A stretch of 63,954 nucleotides of DNA, filler included, from Rhabdomonas costata (lineage: Eukaryota), in NCBI GenBank assembly GCA_019059605.1. It is 29 parts of 29 records of this genome, joined end to end, with 100 filler letters (N's around TTAATTAATTAA, not from the genome) between each part and the next. Parts side by side here need not be neighbours in the genome. Positions count along the whole stretch, not along the records: positions 1 to 2,110 come from JAHMHO010005569.1; positions 2,211 to 4,320 come from JAHMHO010005570.1; positions 4,421 to 6,528 come from JAHMHO010005571.1; positions 6,629 to 8,737 come from JAHMHO010005572.1; positions 8,838 to 10,948 come from JAHMHO010005573.1; positions 11,049 to 13,172 come from JAHMHO010005574.1; 23 more parts are not named here. The stretch is one strand, 5' to 3'. Below are positions 1 through 11,681 of this stretch, one piece after another. The number at the start of each line of letters is the position of its first letter. Position 1 is the stretch's first letter. Made by a program: the position numbers and the translations under genes. The notes beneath the pieces were generated by a model that was not told the DNA's origin, ran no database searches, and worked only from the letters and a program-made list of their open reading frames with translations.

Positions 1-690
1 CCCCCCCCCCCCCAACTGCTGCGTAAGCGCGTGCGTGCAGCGGTCCCGTAGCCAGAGTCCGTTGAGGTTAATTGTAACAGGCAAAACCAAGGCAAAACCA
101 ACGGCGCAATTCTCCATCACTCAGCGCAATTCTTGGAGAAGCGTGTTATTATTAGCATTAGTATTATTTCTCTCTTGGGGGCGGAAGCCGAAGCGCCTCG
201 GTTCTTCTTTTCGACTGTACAAATGAAGCCAAAAGGCTGCGTCCTTGCACCCCCTGCCGGTGGCCGTTCAAGCGTTTCTTTTTATCTCTCCCACTCTTTT
301 GTGGTGCCGCTTCTGCCCCTCGTAGCCTGAGGGTTTGACGTGATAGAACGTGCTCAAGAGGCGGCGAGCAAGGGGGCAAAGCTAGTATTGTAGTAGTAGT
401 TGGTATTAGGAGGAGGAGGAATATTGGTATTGGTAGTAGTTAGGACTGAAGCGAAGTGAGAGAACAAGGGACTGCGCGTGTTTATATCTAAGCTACTGCA
501 TATATCAAAAATTTTGGTTGACACCGTTGCGGTGACAAGGTCTTTGAGGCTTTCTGTTTAATGGATCGTGGTGCCCTGGGTCAGTTTCTTCTCGCTGAGT
601 TCGATGGACCTTCTCTCGTTGCTGTTGCCTAGCTGTTGACTCGCATGGATTTCCTTTGGTTAACCCCCGACCCACACACACTCGCACAGA

Positions 691-2110
691 GCTTGAACGT
701 CCAGGGCTGGTTCTGCGGGTCTCTCGTGGTTGTGATTAACTGCTTCGGCACCTCCGTCACCGCGGCCAACGCCAACTGCCTGCTGGTGTACACCACGGCC
801 ATCAGCGCGATCGGGAAGAGCAAGTGGGGGGTCATCTTCGCCACTCTGACCACCACCCCCTACAGCTCTTACTACTACTACCCCAACGGGTCCTGTGCTT
901 CTTCCCTCAGCCCTCCCTCACATACTTTTTGCGCCGACGCGGTTCCCGCATGGGGAATGTCTCCCCCTGGAAGCTGTACGCGTTCTCCCTGCGCCCATGT
1001 AGCGCTCTTGTCACGAGGCAGATACACTTGATGATGACTTGATGAACTCTTTTCCAGTCCGCCTTCTTTTTTTCTTCTTGTGCTGCTGTTCTGTGTGGAC
1101 GACTTTTGATTGTGAGAACCACCCGTCCATTGCGAGGGGCATGAGTGTGTGCCTTATTTGGCAACGTTGAATGTGCTGCTGCATTGAGGTACATCAACTT
1201 CAGCCATCTTTTACCACCGCACTGCGGCTTAGTTGTTTCGAAAACTTTTCGTCCGGGTTTCTCTGTTGGAAAATCTGGTTCGAAAATCTGGTTTCTGGCT
1301 ATCTGCGGCACGGCAGATTGGAGCACACTTTTAAGAAAACTATAAATGAAGTTGGCGTGAAATTCCCCCTGCCATTATTTGGTTCGACCAAGCGCATACC
1401 CGAAATACACTGACACTGACTACAATGTTCTGTCATCAACCAGTATTCAAAACACGTAGGAAGGGCATGGCAGGGGGGGCACGGGAGCAGCATTTATTGT
1501 GAAGTATTGTGGTCCTATAAGGCAAAAAAAAATTCCTGATGTTTTTCGCCCCAAATGCATGGGATGGGGCGTTGGGTGGATGATCGCAACATTTGCACGC
1601 ACCGGAAACTCCAGAACAGAAACTGTTTTGGAGAGCCCTTTTTTCCCGAGTTCCTTGTTTGTTGCATCAGGAAATCCGAGACGGATAAAATGGATTTTGT
1701 CTCGCAAAACTGGAGCGCAGTTTTTTCTGGGAATGTTTAAGAAAAACATTGGTAGACGTCAGGTCGAGGCAGGAAATGTGTTAGATATTAGAGAGCCGCC
1801 AGCCGCGAACCGCCAACCGTCAACCGTCAACCGCCACAGGAGCAGCAGCAACCCCGCTCTTCTGGGGCTGTTGGCGCTGCTGGCCATCCCTGTGGGCATC
1901 CTGGTCGGGATTGTGGTGTACTGCTGCGTGTACACCCGCGAGGAGTGCTGCGAGCCCACGGTGTGTGTCGACCCCATGCCCCCGGTCTCGGGATGCTTCG
2001 ACGTGTGCGCGTTCCCCGGGCAGTCCATTGACACCCCGTTCAAGATGCCCCTGACCTCCTCCCCGATGGAGATGATGACCACCCCCACAGCGATGTCCAT
2101 GGTGCCTCCT
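691..2110 (+). CDS. Single-pass membrane protein, partial (2 exons)
   Basis: Exons ~691-889 and 1840-2110 join across a phase-2 GT-AG intron to give YYYYPNG|SSSNPALLGLLALLAIPVGILVGIVVYCCVYTREECCEP, a transmembrane helix followed by a Cys/Pro-rich tail. Confidence 0.75.
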
Positions 2111-2210
2111 NNNNNNNNNNNNNNNNNNNNNNNNNNNNNNNNNNNNNNNNNNNNTTAATTAATTAANNNNNNNNNNNNNNNNNNNNNNNNNNNNNNNNNN
2201 NNNNNNNNNN
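2111..2210. other. Artificial contig spacer (first of 28)
   Basis: N44-TTAATTAATTAA-N44 has stops in all six frames. It recurs about every 2.2 kb (4321, 6529, 8738, 10949 ... 61749) and delimits 29 contigs. Confidence 0.99.
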
Positions 2211-2671
2211 GTGTGAATAATGTGACAATCAGACCTGCATTTATACCTCCTTCTCTTTAACTTACAGCAATTTAATTACAGGAGAATATCCACGTTCGGT
2301 TTGAAATGAATACGCACATGTGAATGATGTGAAGTTCAACATAAGACATTTTAAAATAAAATTTAAAGGCCAACAGTAAAAAAAGATCTCCTTCTTTCTA
2401 CATTCTTGTCTGGACCGTACAACATCATACAGCTCAATAAGATTTGCACGTCACCGTCTCTTATAAAACCAATTTCTGAATTTAGACGGTGGAAGGGGAG
2501 AAGCTCCCATGCTATATGCTGAATTTGCTTTTTGCTTTTTGTAGATCAAAACTCCAATAATTTTCTAATATGCTAATTTATGGAAACGGCCTTTCTCCCC
2601 ACAGTTCTCAAGAAATTCACGAATTCAAGCCTGAAATACAGCATTATTCACATTATAACCTCCTCTTGAAC

Positions 2672-3180
2672 ATTCGATTTATTTGCCCTCTCGCGTCCGT
2701 GGGGCCTCTAGCCTCTCCTCGTCCTCCGTGTACTCGTGCCGTCGCCTTCCCTTTGGCTGGTCGTGGAGCAGTCCTACGTACATTCTGACCCCACTTCCAC
2801 TTCGTGCCTTAGGTGCACTCGAGCACTGGCAGTATTACGATGACGTCCAGCACACAACCCATCTTTCTTGTGGTTGTTCCATTACAACTGTCACCTCCTG
2901 ACCAACGCCGACTTCATTATCAGTCCCAAGTCCTCCACCTGCCCCTCTACCGAGATAACGGGGCTCGGTAAGACTCTTACCTCCACCCCCGGCCGTATCG
3001 CCCTTACCAGCACCCCTCAACGTGCCGCCTCCACCCTCCTCCACATTGCTTATCTCCGTGCCCAGCTCCCTTCCCGCAAAGCCATACTTTGCCATACTCC
3101 GCCTGCTCGGCACACTTCAATGGCTTCCCGCCCCTGGCTCCGAGCTTTCTCCGACCTACTCGCTCCTTCGATCATCCGCC
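2672..3180 (+). mobile_element. Decayed reverse transcriptase of a DIRS/TATE-like retroelement
   Basis: Ordered RT motifs across frameshifts: SIYLP, YSCRRLPFGWSWS, WQYYDDV (YxDD at 2833-2844), DFIISPKSSTCPSTEITGLGK, RLLGTLQWL. Confidence 0.8.
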
Positions 3181-3683
3181 TTCCCTTCAGTTTCACACAA
3201 CTTCGTTTTGTCCCTTCTTTCATTTTTCATTTTTCAGGTTCATTTCATTTTTCACGTTCAGCTCTAGGTCCGTTTTGGATTAAGGGGACGGTCCCCACAC
3301 CAATACTCTCTTCATACCATCATCTTCATAACATGGGGAACGTGCATTGTCTGTTGGGACCTCGAATACAGGGGGGGGGGATGGCGTAAGCGTGATGCTG
3401 CCAGATTGTTAAGGTTGAAGCACCACCAGGCTGGTGTGTGTGCAACGTCCGACAGGAGACTGTCACAAAACCTGCCAGATCCGATTTATTATGAGGTTTT
3501 GAGGTGATGAATCAGAAAGCGTATGATCTTCTGCACATGTCACTTCCTGAGAGGCACATTTCTCGTGATAGGGAAGCACAGCACCAACAATAGAAAGATC
3601 GCAGTCAGAGAAGAGCATAACAAACGAGAAGCACAGGCGGAGTTCAATTCAGGTAATCTGCCTAGGGGTGGGGAGGGGTGTAC

Positions 3684-4320
3684 AAAGAAGAGCCCATCCG
3701 CGAGCAGCGCCAAGTTGGCCATCATGGTCAGCGCCTCGTCCATGGGCTTACTCGAACTCGCAGCTCGGGGGTTGTGGTAGTAGTGCCGGATAAACGTCTC
3801 CAGCCGCTGCCCTGGAGGCACCTACCGGGTTGGGTGAACAACAACAAGAAGAAGAACAAGAAGAAGGGGCATCCAGAAGAACGACAACGAAAGAGCAAAG
3901 AAGAAGAAGCGTAATCGTGTTGCCAAATTGGCTCTGGGCATGCCCGAATATTCGTCCCAGAATGTCCAGTTTACAACACCGGCAACACCATCCGGAAACC
4001 CGAACCAAATGCCCCACCGCCCAGCCAGAGCGGCCGTGGGTGCCTTTGTGAACATTCTTGGGTTTTCAGACCCAAGCCGAAGCAGGCCACCCAAAACGAC
4101 CGACCCTTTCACCCTTGGAGGGCATGTTTGCCCCGAAGGCTGCTCTTTTTGCTGACTGAGGCCTGCAGGAAGGAAAGGGGGGAGGATTGAGGTGCATCCA
4201 CCACGCTAGAGAGGAAGTGCGAGATGGGAATGGAGTGCACGGCCAGGCCCCGGGCGGTCGCCAGAGTGGTGAACTCGGCCTGCATCTTCGGGCTGTCTGC
4301 GGAGAGCATCACGGCTCGAA
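3684..4320 (-). CDS. Hypothetical protein, 2 exons (weak fucosyltransferase-like C-terminal motif)
   Basis: Exons 4320-4163 (VMLSADSPKMQAEF...SFLQ) and 3821-~3684 (VPPGQRLETF...LTMMANLALLADGLFF). An in-frame join needs a GC donor at 4162. Confidence 0.4.
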
Positions 4321-4929
4321 NNNNNNNNNNNNNNNNNNNNNNNNNNNNNNNNNNNNNNNNNNNNTTAATTAATTAANNNNNNNNNNNNNNNNNNNNNNNN
4401 NNNNNNNNNNNNNNNNNNNNGGGGTGGTTTGTGGGATTTCTGGCGGGCTTCCAGAAGGGCGTTGTGCCGTGCTACCTGCAGCGAAAGAGCCATCCCTATG
4501 GAGCCAGCCATCTAACAACCGCGGACGTCGATGACAAGGAGCTTTGATTCGACGGATCTCGTGGATGTTTCTCAAGGGCTCTTGTGGGTGAGCTTCTGGG
4601 AAACTCGGAATCCTGCTGGTTCCTCATAGACGGGCTGACCCATTTGGTCAGCCCGACTGTCGTGTGCGATGTACTGCTTTTACAAAGAGTAGGAGGAGAA
4701 GAGAAGGAGCGAACAGTTCATAGGCGAATATTCGATGTGTATCTCCCCAATCTTCCAGACAAATGACTTGCCCTAAGCTAAACTCAAAAGACCTTCCAAC
4801 CGAACGCACTAGGAATAAACGTTTCTTGCCTGATGCCTGAGAGCCTTTGAGCATCAAAATTTGTCCAGGGGATCTTCGGAAACGGGGTGAGAACGAAAAA
4901 AGCGCGACTGGCCACAACATCGGCACTGC

Positions 4930-5099
4930 CGCACGCGCACCTCCTCTGTAACCGCCCCGAGCAGCCGCTGCGTCTCCAGCAAACGCTGCCTCTCTTCGCC
5001 CAGCCGCAGTTGGCGGCGGCGTACCTCTCTTTCCGCATCCTCCAGCTGCTGCGCCAAAGCACGGTTGGCGGAGTTCAGCAGCGCGGCTGGCAGGGCCAT
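4930..5099 (-). CDS. Coiled-coil first exon, resembling the CCDC39 N-terminus
   Basis: MALPAALLNSANRALAQQLEDAEREVRRRQLRLGEERQRLLETQRLLGAVTEE; resemblance judged by eye only. Confidence 0.4.
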
Positions 5100-5766
5100 T
5101 GTCTCAATCCCAGGCAGGGTACACAAATGAACCGAAATACTCGCCCCACAAACTTCCCATCATCCAAAATCCACTCGAGGTTAAAGCAAACGCATGGACT
5201 GAATACAGTGAACTGCAGAAAGCTACGTTGCAACAACATCTCTCAGGAAACGTGCTCGCCCTTCACCACCATTACCATGCAGATGCCGTGGAAAATCTGT
5301 GTAGTGTCACATGAAATTGACCTACGAAATATTTTCCGCACTAAGTTTCACCCGATCACCAAGAAACGGGCTCATAGAACCATCCCGCCTCAACGGAAAA
5401 AAGACAAATCCTGCAGGAAAATACAAGCAAAGGTTTTACCAAGACATGGCCAATGTGCTGTTATAGGATTTGAGAGATGTGTGCATGGGTGCGCGCCACC
5501 AGTTCGTCTCCTCACCTCACCATGCGGATGCCAGAGGAAAGAGAGGTTTTCTGACATATTTCGCTCGTCTTAATTTTCCCACAATTCTTCGGCATACACT
5601 CTGGGTAACAGTCTAACCAAAGATCCATTTAATCGGTTGATGGCAACCCCTAACTCAGCCCTTTCGGGCGATCACAACATCCAAACATTCTGTAGGGATT
5701 TTGCAACAGGAAACATACCCCAACAAGACTCATACAGAGTCCCTAAGCTCATTGTTTGAGCACTCG

Positions 5767-6528
5767 TCAACTCGTCAACGACGCAATCAGAGGAGAAGAC
5801 TCAGCAAAGGTGCGGGCAAAGGTGGCAGATTCGTTGTAGTAACCCCGCATGGGAAAGGCATCCACAACGGTTCGTCCTTCATGCGAAACGGGGGATCCAC
5901 ATGTGCATAGCGAATTCTCTGCTGTAAGCGATGTCAACGTGCTTACGAACCAATGGCTTTCATTCATTATCGAGTCGTCACTGAACCTGACAGCATCTTT
6001 TGCTAGCAGAAATGCCGATGGGAAAAATCCAAGGTCAAAAGCTCCATGAAGTAGCTCATCATCACAGGCAGTGACAAAACCATTCAAGTGGTGGTTGCCC
6101 ATAGCAAGTCGCTCGAGAAGCGTCGAAACAGGGCCGTAAACGTAAGACAACACTGGATCGTCTTGCTGATATGGCTGAGCCAAGTCGACCAGATCACACA
6201 CCATTACACCAAAAAACGCGCCTTCGTCATCATCACTGGCTTCCGTATTAAAGCAAAAAGAACTGTCAAAAACCAGGCCAAACCAGGAGCCCAAAATGTA
6301 CCCCGCAGGGTTGCGTCCGATTCCCACAATCACAGGTGCCGCATTCACACGAGGCACAATGCGTCCCGAATCCACCTCAAGCACCGAGTTGTATATGCGT
6401 CGGTCCAGTACCCAGGACGCCATCACTATCAGTCCCGAGGAGGAAACGCCCATCACAACATCCAGAACCGCATCCTCCGGCAAGGTCGCCGTAAACGCGT
6501 AGCTTGAATTCCCAAATGCAACCAAAAC
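5767..6528 (-). CDS. Hypothetical protein, 5'-truncated uninterrupted ORF (~252 aa)
   Basis: Open from the contig edge to a stop at 5767 with globular-protein-like composition; no recognised motif. Confidence 0.5.
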   Translation of the reverse strand, partial: VLVAFGNSSYAFTATLPEDAVLDVVMGVSSSGLIVMASWVLDRRIYNSVLEVDSGRIVPRVNAAPVIVGIGRNPAGYILGSWFGLVFDSSFCFNTEASDDDEGAFFGVMVCDLVDLAQPYQQDDPVLSYVYGPVSTLLERLAMGNHHLNGFVTACDDELLHGAFDLGFFPSAFLLAKDAVRFSDDSIMNESHWFVSTLTSLTAENSLCTCGSPVSHEGRTVVDAFPMRGYYNESATFARTFAESSPLIASLTS

Positions 6529-6634
6529 NNNNNNNNNNNNNNNNNNNNNNNNNNNNNNNNNNNNNNNNNNNNTTAATTAATTAANNNNNNNNNNNNNNNN
6601 NNNNNNNNNNNNNNNNNNNNNNNNNNNNGGGGTT

Positions 6635-6698
6635 TGGTCACTAGTAAGAAATAAATATATTGAACAGCTACCAAATATTTATTTCTTACTAGTGACCA
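6635..6698. repeat. Perfect inverted repeat at contig start (24-bp arms)
   Basis: 6635-6658 is the reverse complement of 6675-6698. Confidence 0.95.
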
Positions 6699-8068
6699 TA
6701 CGAAGAGTTGCCTGTATAGACCTAAACAACATGTTCTAAAAATGGTGGACAATCATTTGGGTATTTACAAAAACTCTGCTATCTAAAAAGCGTTTTGTTT
6801 CAGTCGATATGTCGGTTTTCTACCCAATGCATACATGATACGTTACCGCATCATCCTCCGCGATATTCGCCTACCCGTTTGTTTCCACGGAACCACATCG
6901 GAGAGAAGTAAAAATCTTGTTGTCACATCAAACGCATTGGAAGTGGATGCAAACGTAAAATTTTAAAAGGAGTAAAATAAAGCATAGTATGACTTTTAAG
7001 AAGATTTTTATGAGTAAGAAACCGATTTTTGTTGTGTGTGTGGCAAGTATTTGAGGCATTGTATAGAGTTTACTGGAAACCCTCAGCTAACAGAGAAACA
7101 CAGATCCAGCACCAGCTTCATATAGTACAATAGCGCAATGGTGCTGCAGGATTTTAGGCCATAAAAATAATAAAAGTATACGATACCCGGACAAGTGATG
7201 TAATGATGCGCTTCCACCCACAAAGCACACCGCCAGCACAACAGCACTACAAATCCAATTAATCACACCGTTACTTCCACCAAAAATCAGTTTTGTTGTT
7301 CAGTTTTGCGTTCACTAACTCCTTTGCTTACGTTTGTGCGTAGTTAACGCCAAATTCTAGAATCGGCGCCGTCAAGAATTGAGCCCACAATTTTTATGCA
7401 ACAAAAAGCTAAGCAACTCCGGAGTGTATAATTACACAGAAGCGTTCATAGCCTGATATATGGCACTATCAGAGCGAACCCCGAGGCCAAACAGGATGAA
7501 ATAAAAAGCCACAAGCTTTTAGTAGCAGAAAAGAAAACACAATATCACGATGTAATTAAATCAGCATTTAAAATACGACAGCAAGTTAAATGCGCAAGTA
7601 AATGGCGCGTTGTGTAAATAAACCCGCGGACTCGAAACCGCAAAGATTAACCTCTTTATAAGCACGCGATTTCCTGCTAATGCAAAATAATCGATGTTGA
7701 AGTTTTTCCTTCTAGGCAGTTGTTTGTTTTTGTCCCCAGGCAGGATAAAATTTATCACGTTTTTGTGCTTTCCAAATTTATGCTTCTTAGGTTTCGGTAC
7801 TATAATGGGAACATGTTTTTTCTTGTTGTTTACTAGCGGAAACTTTTGTTTTTTAGGGTAAGAAAGGAAGCACCCACAACGGCCAAGAAACACGTAAGTC
7901 CACTTGTGGAGGTTGATCAGAGGGGCGAAACCCGAAGGAGTTACAGCTATAGAGATGAAAGTGGACTGAACCACCATAACCGTGTAAGAACGGTAGTGGG
8001 TAGTAGTAGGTGAGGTGAGCTGATGTGGGGAAACGCGAGTTTGGGTGTGTGATGAGGTGGTGGGAAAA

Positions 8069-8737
8069 TTAGCGGGATGAAGTGTCTGCGGAGTTGTTGG
8101 CGGAGGTGGTGTAGGCAAGCTGCACTTGGAGGCCAAGCGCGAGGCAGAGACGGTTAATGCGGTGGAGAAGGCGCACACGTGCCCGCACACGCACTGAGTC
8201 TTTTCCTGTTCGCACCGTATGGTAAGCTGCCGAGTTGTCACCCACAACACAAACGTGGGAAAGACCTGAGAGAGCTGCCTGACGCAGACAGCATAACATT
8301 CCATACAACTAGGCGGTCTGTTGAGACTCAACCCATGGTGTGGTGGGCACAGCGAGATCAAAGTAGAAGGTGCGAACACACGTAGCCACAACCAAGAAGC
8401 CATGGGTGCCGAGTCGCAAAACATCAGGGGCATGCAGGCAGGCGGGGGAAGACGGCGACAGGTGAGGGGTTGTAGAGAGGAAATATAACAAATAAGAAGA
8501 GAGCACCAGGGGCTGAGGGTGATGATTGGCGGTAGGTTTGGTTGTAGTAAAAGTTGGTAACTGGAATCCAGAAAGGTTGCTGATAGGGAGGATGTGGCAA
8601 CCAACCACTGGATGAATCCAAGGAGTCGCTACAGAGAACAAAATGGTCAAGACCGTGCGCACACCGAAAAATGGAACAGAGAAACGTCAAACCGCCATGG
8701 ACCCACTCGGACCACAACCACCAAACACACCCACCAC
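8069..8737 (-). mobile_element. Decayed RT-end/RNase H of a DIRS/TATE-like retroelement
   Basis: RLLGFIQWL, then RNase H motifs PLMFCDSAP, SQQTA*LYG (catalytic E codon is TAG at 8309-8311), VVGDNSAA and YTTSANNSADTSSR; frameshifted. Confidence 0.8.
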
Positions 8738-8837
8738 NNNNNNNNNNNNNNNNNNNNNNNNNNNNNNNNNNNNNNNNNNNNTTAATTAATTAANNNNNNN
8801 NNNNNNNNNNNNNNNNNNNNNNNNNNNNNNNNNNNNN

Positions 8838-10948
8838 TAACACACCACACTGTCCGTCTTCTCCGGCTGCATCCCCTGAGACCTTGTCTGTGACAATCCT
8901 CTGAAATCTCGGCCTCCTCGTCTCTTTCACCTGTGAAAACTCTGTAAAACGCTGTGGATGCATCATTCTTCCTCTGAAAAACTCCGAAAACATACCACCT
9001 GAATCGCTGCAGTCGGTTTGTGTGCACGCATTCCCATTCCATGCGGCCTCCCTCCCGTGACCTGGCTCTCTGTCTCACCCGGGGTCTTCCACAACTGTCA
9101 CTCTGTCGGCCATCCGTCTCTCACCTGGCCATACTCTGCTTTGCTCTCTCGCCCAGCTGTGGATAGGTAGCCTGACCTAGCGTTTGGCCAGGATCTGGCT
9201 CACTAGATGCTGAGATCCGTCTCTGCTTACATTGTTGGCTTTCTGGAATCTGTATGAAACCTCTATGCAACACTTTGCTCTGGACATCTGGAGACATCGC
9301 ACCTGACTGCTTCACTCTTACTCTGTGGCACGCCACTATCGGCGGATGGTCTGGAAGTCCTACCAACTGGAAATATTTTCTCAGCAACTCCGCCTCCTCT
9401 TGATTTTCCTTAACCATTAACTTATCCGGCTTCATCGTCCGCACCTCCGACCCCAAACGTCGTACCCGCTTCTCCTGGACTGTACATTAACTGTTGAACG
9501 TTGTTCTCTGCATACCACCAACAACTTTAATCATCCTCGTTAATCACTCTGGATGGGTCATCAAACTCGTGTCTGGACAGGCAATGTTTCGCACTTATCA
9601 GGGGGTCGTCGTAGACGGCAAAGTAAACTTTGTCTCCCTCTGGAACGCTGTAAGCCCAGAGAAACAAACTGCTCAAAAGTCCACCCTTGCCTCGTGTTAC
9701 TGAAGTTCTTACCACACCAAAAAGGTGGCGAGTCCCAATTCGCACACAGTTAATTCAAAGTACTCCATGTGTACACAGGTCCTGTGCCTTTTATCCACGT
9801 AACGACCTGATCATGTGGAACTCTGGATTCAACCACCTCACTCGAGTATTCTGTGAACTCCATGTCAATCACCACAACACTCTCTGGATTGTCTAACACT
9901 GAGTATTTACAAAACCACCTCACCATGTCTGCCTCTTCTTTCATTTTTATCTTGTTTATATTATCAAACCTACCACCCGCACATGTCTGCCACTCTCCTA
10001 CTTCCACATCAACTGGAACTGGTCTTCCTCTCCCGCTTCGCTTGTGGATGGCTGGGGACGCTGGAACGACTGCTCTGGCAGCGGCCAAGTCCTTCGGAGG
10101 CACACACGGGTACCCCACTTTATAAATTCACTCTGTGAAAATATTCATTGGCTTTAGGCTCATCACAACGCTCTGTGGAGCTGGGGTCTACTCTCTGTAA
10201 CAATCCATTCTGAGAAATAACTTCTTCACCAATAACTCCTCTGTTGTATCATAGTCCATTACTCGACCTCTTAGTCTGGAAATCCATCGCCCAATGGAGA
10301 TCGGTCTTCAAACCCTGAAACACTATGAAACGCCCCTCAACCTCGTATTTTGTCTGCGGAAGAAGATGGTACTGGTCTGGAAGGATCTGGAGTCTTCATG
10401 ACAATACATCCCATGGAACCAAACAACGCAAAGCCTCCCAATACTCTGCGTCATTAGTTCTGGGAAATGCCACCTCTGATTGTGGTCTGCTATTCATCTA
10501 CTTTACCACTGGGTATGACTCTGGAACTGTGGATGGTTTGGGCTTCGTAACCGCTTCACTGGATACTGGCTGGATTACCTGGAGGGTCCGGCCTGTGTAA
10601 CAGTGAAAGAAGTGACTGGTGTGGTGGCTCCACACCCTGGTCCATCCGTATGCTTCGCTTCCTTTCCACAGCTTCCCCAACCAAAACTTACCTGTACCAA
10701 AACTTACTTGTACCTCTGCAGTGTCGCAAACCACTACAGTCAGAGTCTTCTCACCAACTTTCTGAACCGCTCCAGCATATGTGGATGCGGATGATGATGG
10801 TCTGTTGCCTGTGGAAAACCATTCAATCGGGGTCGTATGGCTTGGTTTTGGCTTGGGAAAGGTAGCCGCCGATATGGAACTGGAACTGTTAGCATACTGC
10901 TACAGGGTCCTCGCTACGCTGCCTCTTGGTTTCCGTAACCGAATGCTG
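8838..10948 (-). pseudogene. Decayed long intronless ORF, probably transposon- or virus-derived
   Basis: Protein-like reading continues across the contig through isolated TAG/TGA stops and frameshifts; contains VVVIDMEFTEY; no exon/intron structure. Confidence 0.5.
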
Positions 10949-11050
10949 NNNNNNNNNNNNNNNNNNNNNNNNNNNNNNNNNNNNNNNNNNNNTTAATTAA
11001 TTAANNNNNNNNNNNNNNNNNNNNNNNNNNNNNNNNNNNNNNNNNNNNGT

Positions 11051-11179
11051 TTTTGTGTAAACTTACAAATTCGGGAGGCAGTCGTACCAGGCTTATCTCC
11101 AAAGAGCTGCACTCAAGGTAAGCCTCCTTCGAGATAAGCCTGGTACGACTGCCTCCCGAATTTGTAAGTTTACACAAAA
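11051..11179. repeat. Perfect inverted repeat at contig start (49-bp arms)
   Basis: 11051-11099 is the reverse complement of 11131-11179. Confidence 0.95.
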
Positions 11180-11681
11180 CTCATCAAACCGCAGGTCTAA
11201 TTCTGGTATTTAATGGGTGATAGCATTACAAAAAACAAAAGGTTGCCGCGAAAAACCCGGGGCAAACAAGTCAACTAAGCATAACCAACCCCTCTCCTTC
11301 CACGCGTGAACACACACACACACCGCTTTATACTTGCGCAGGCGCTTCTGCTGTTCATAATACCTGTGGTAGCAACCGGAGAAACAACAAGGTTTTGTTT
11401 GATGCAGTGATTGCTTTTCAGAAAAAAGGAATAGGGAAAAAAGAAGTGACATGATCGACATCGGCATACTAGATCGGAAGGTAGTACAGTGATTGCACGT
11501 TCATAGTGTCACCCTGGGATGTGGTTTTGTGGGTTGGGTGGGGTACCCACAAAACAACGCATCCCTCATTCTATTCATTATTCTTGACCCTCCCAATATC
11601 CACACCACATCAACACATTGCACAGCAAGGCGCGCGCAGGGAAACTGAAGTCGGCACTGCAACGAGTATCGAGCGGGTAAC

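Noticed and set aside
2155..2166. TTAATTAATTAA recurring every ~2.2 kb as a CRISPR-like or regulatory repeat
   Set aside because: It is embedded in N runs and is a synthetic six-frame-stop linker.
8309..8311. TAG at a catalytic Glu as evidence of stop-codon reassignment
   Set aside because: The element also has frameshifts, and the stitched host exons contain no in-frame stops.
7561..8604. 347-aa ORF as an intact gene
   Set aside because: Only its start carries retroelement motifs; the RNase H continues in another frame and the rest is low-complexity read-through.
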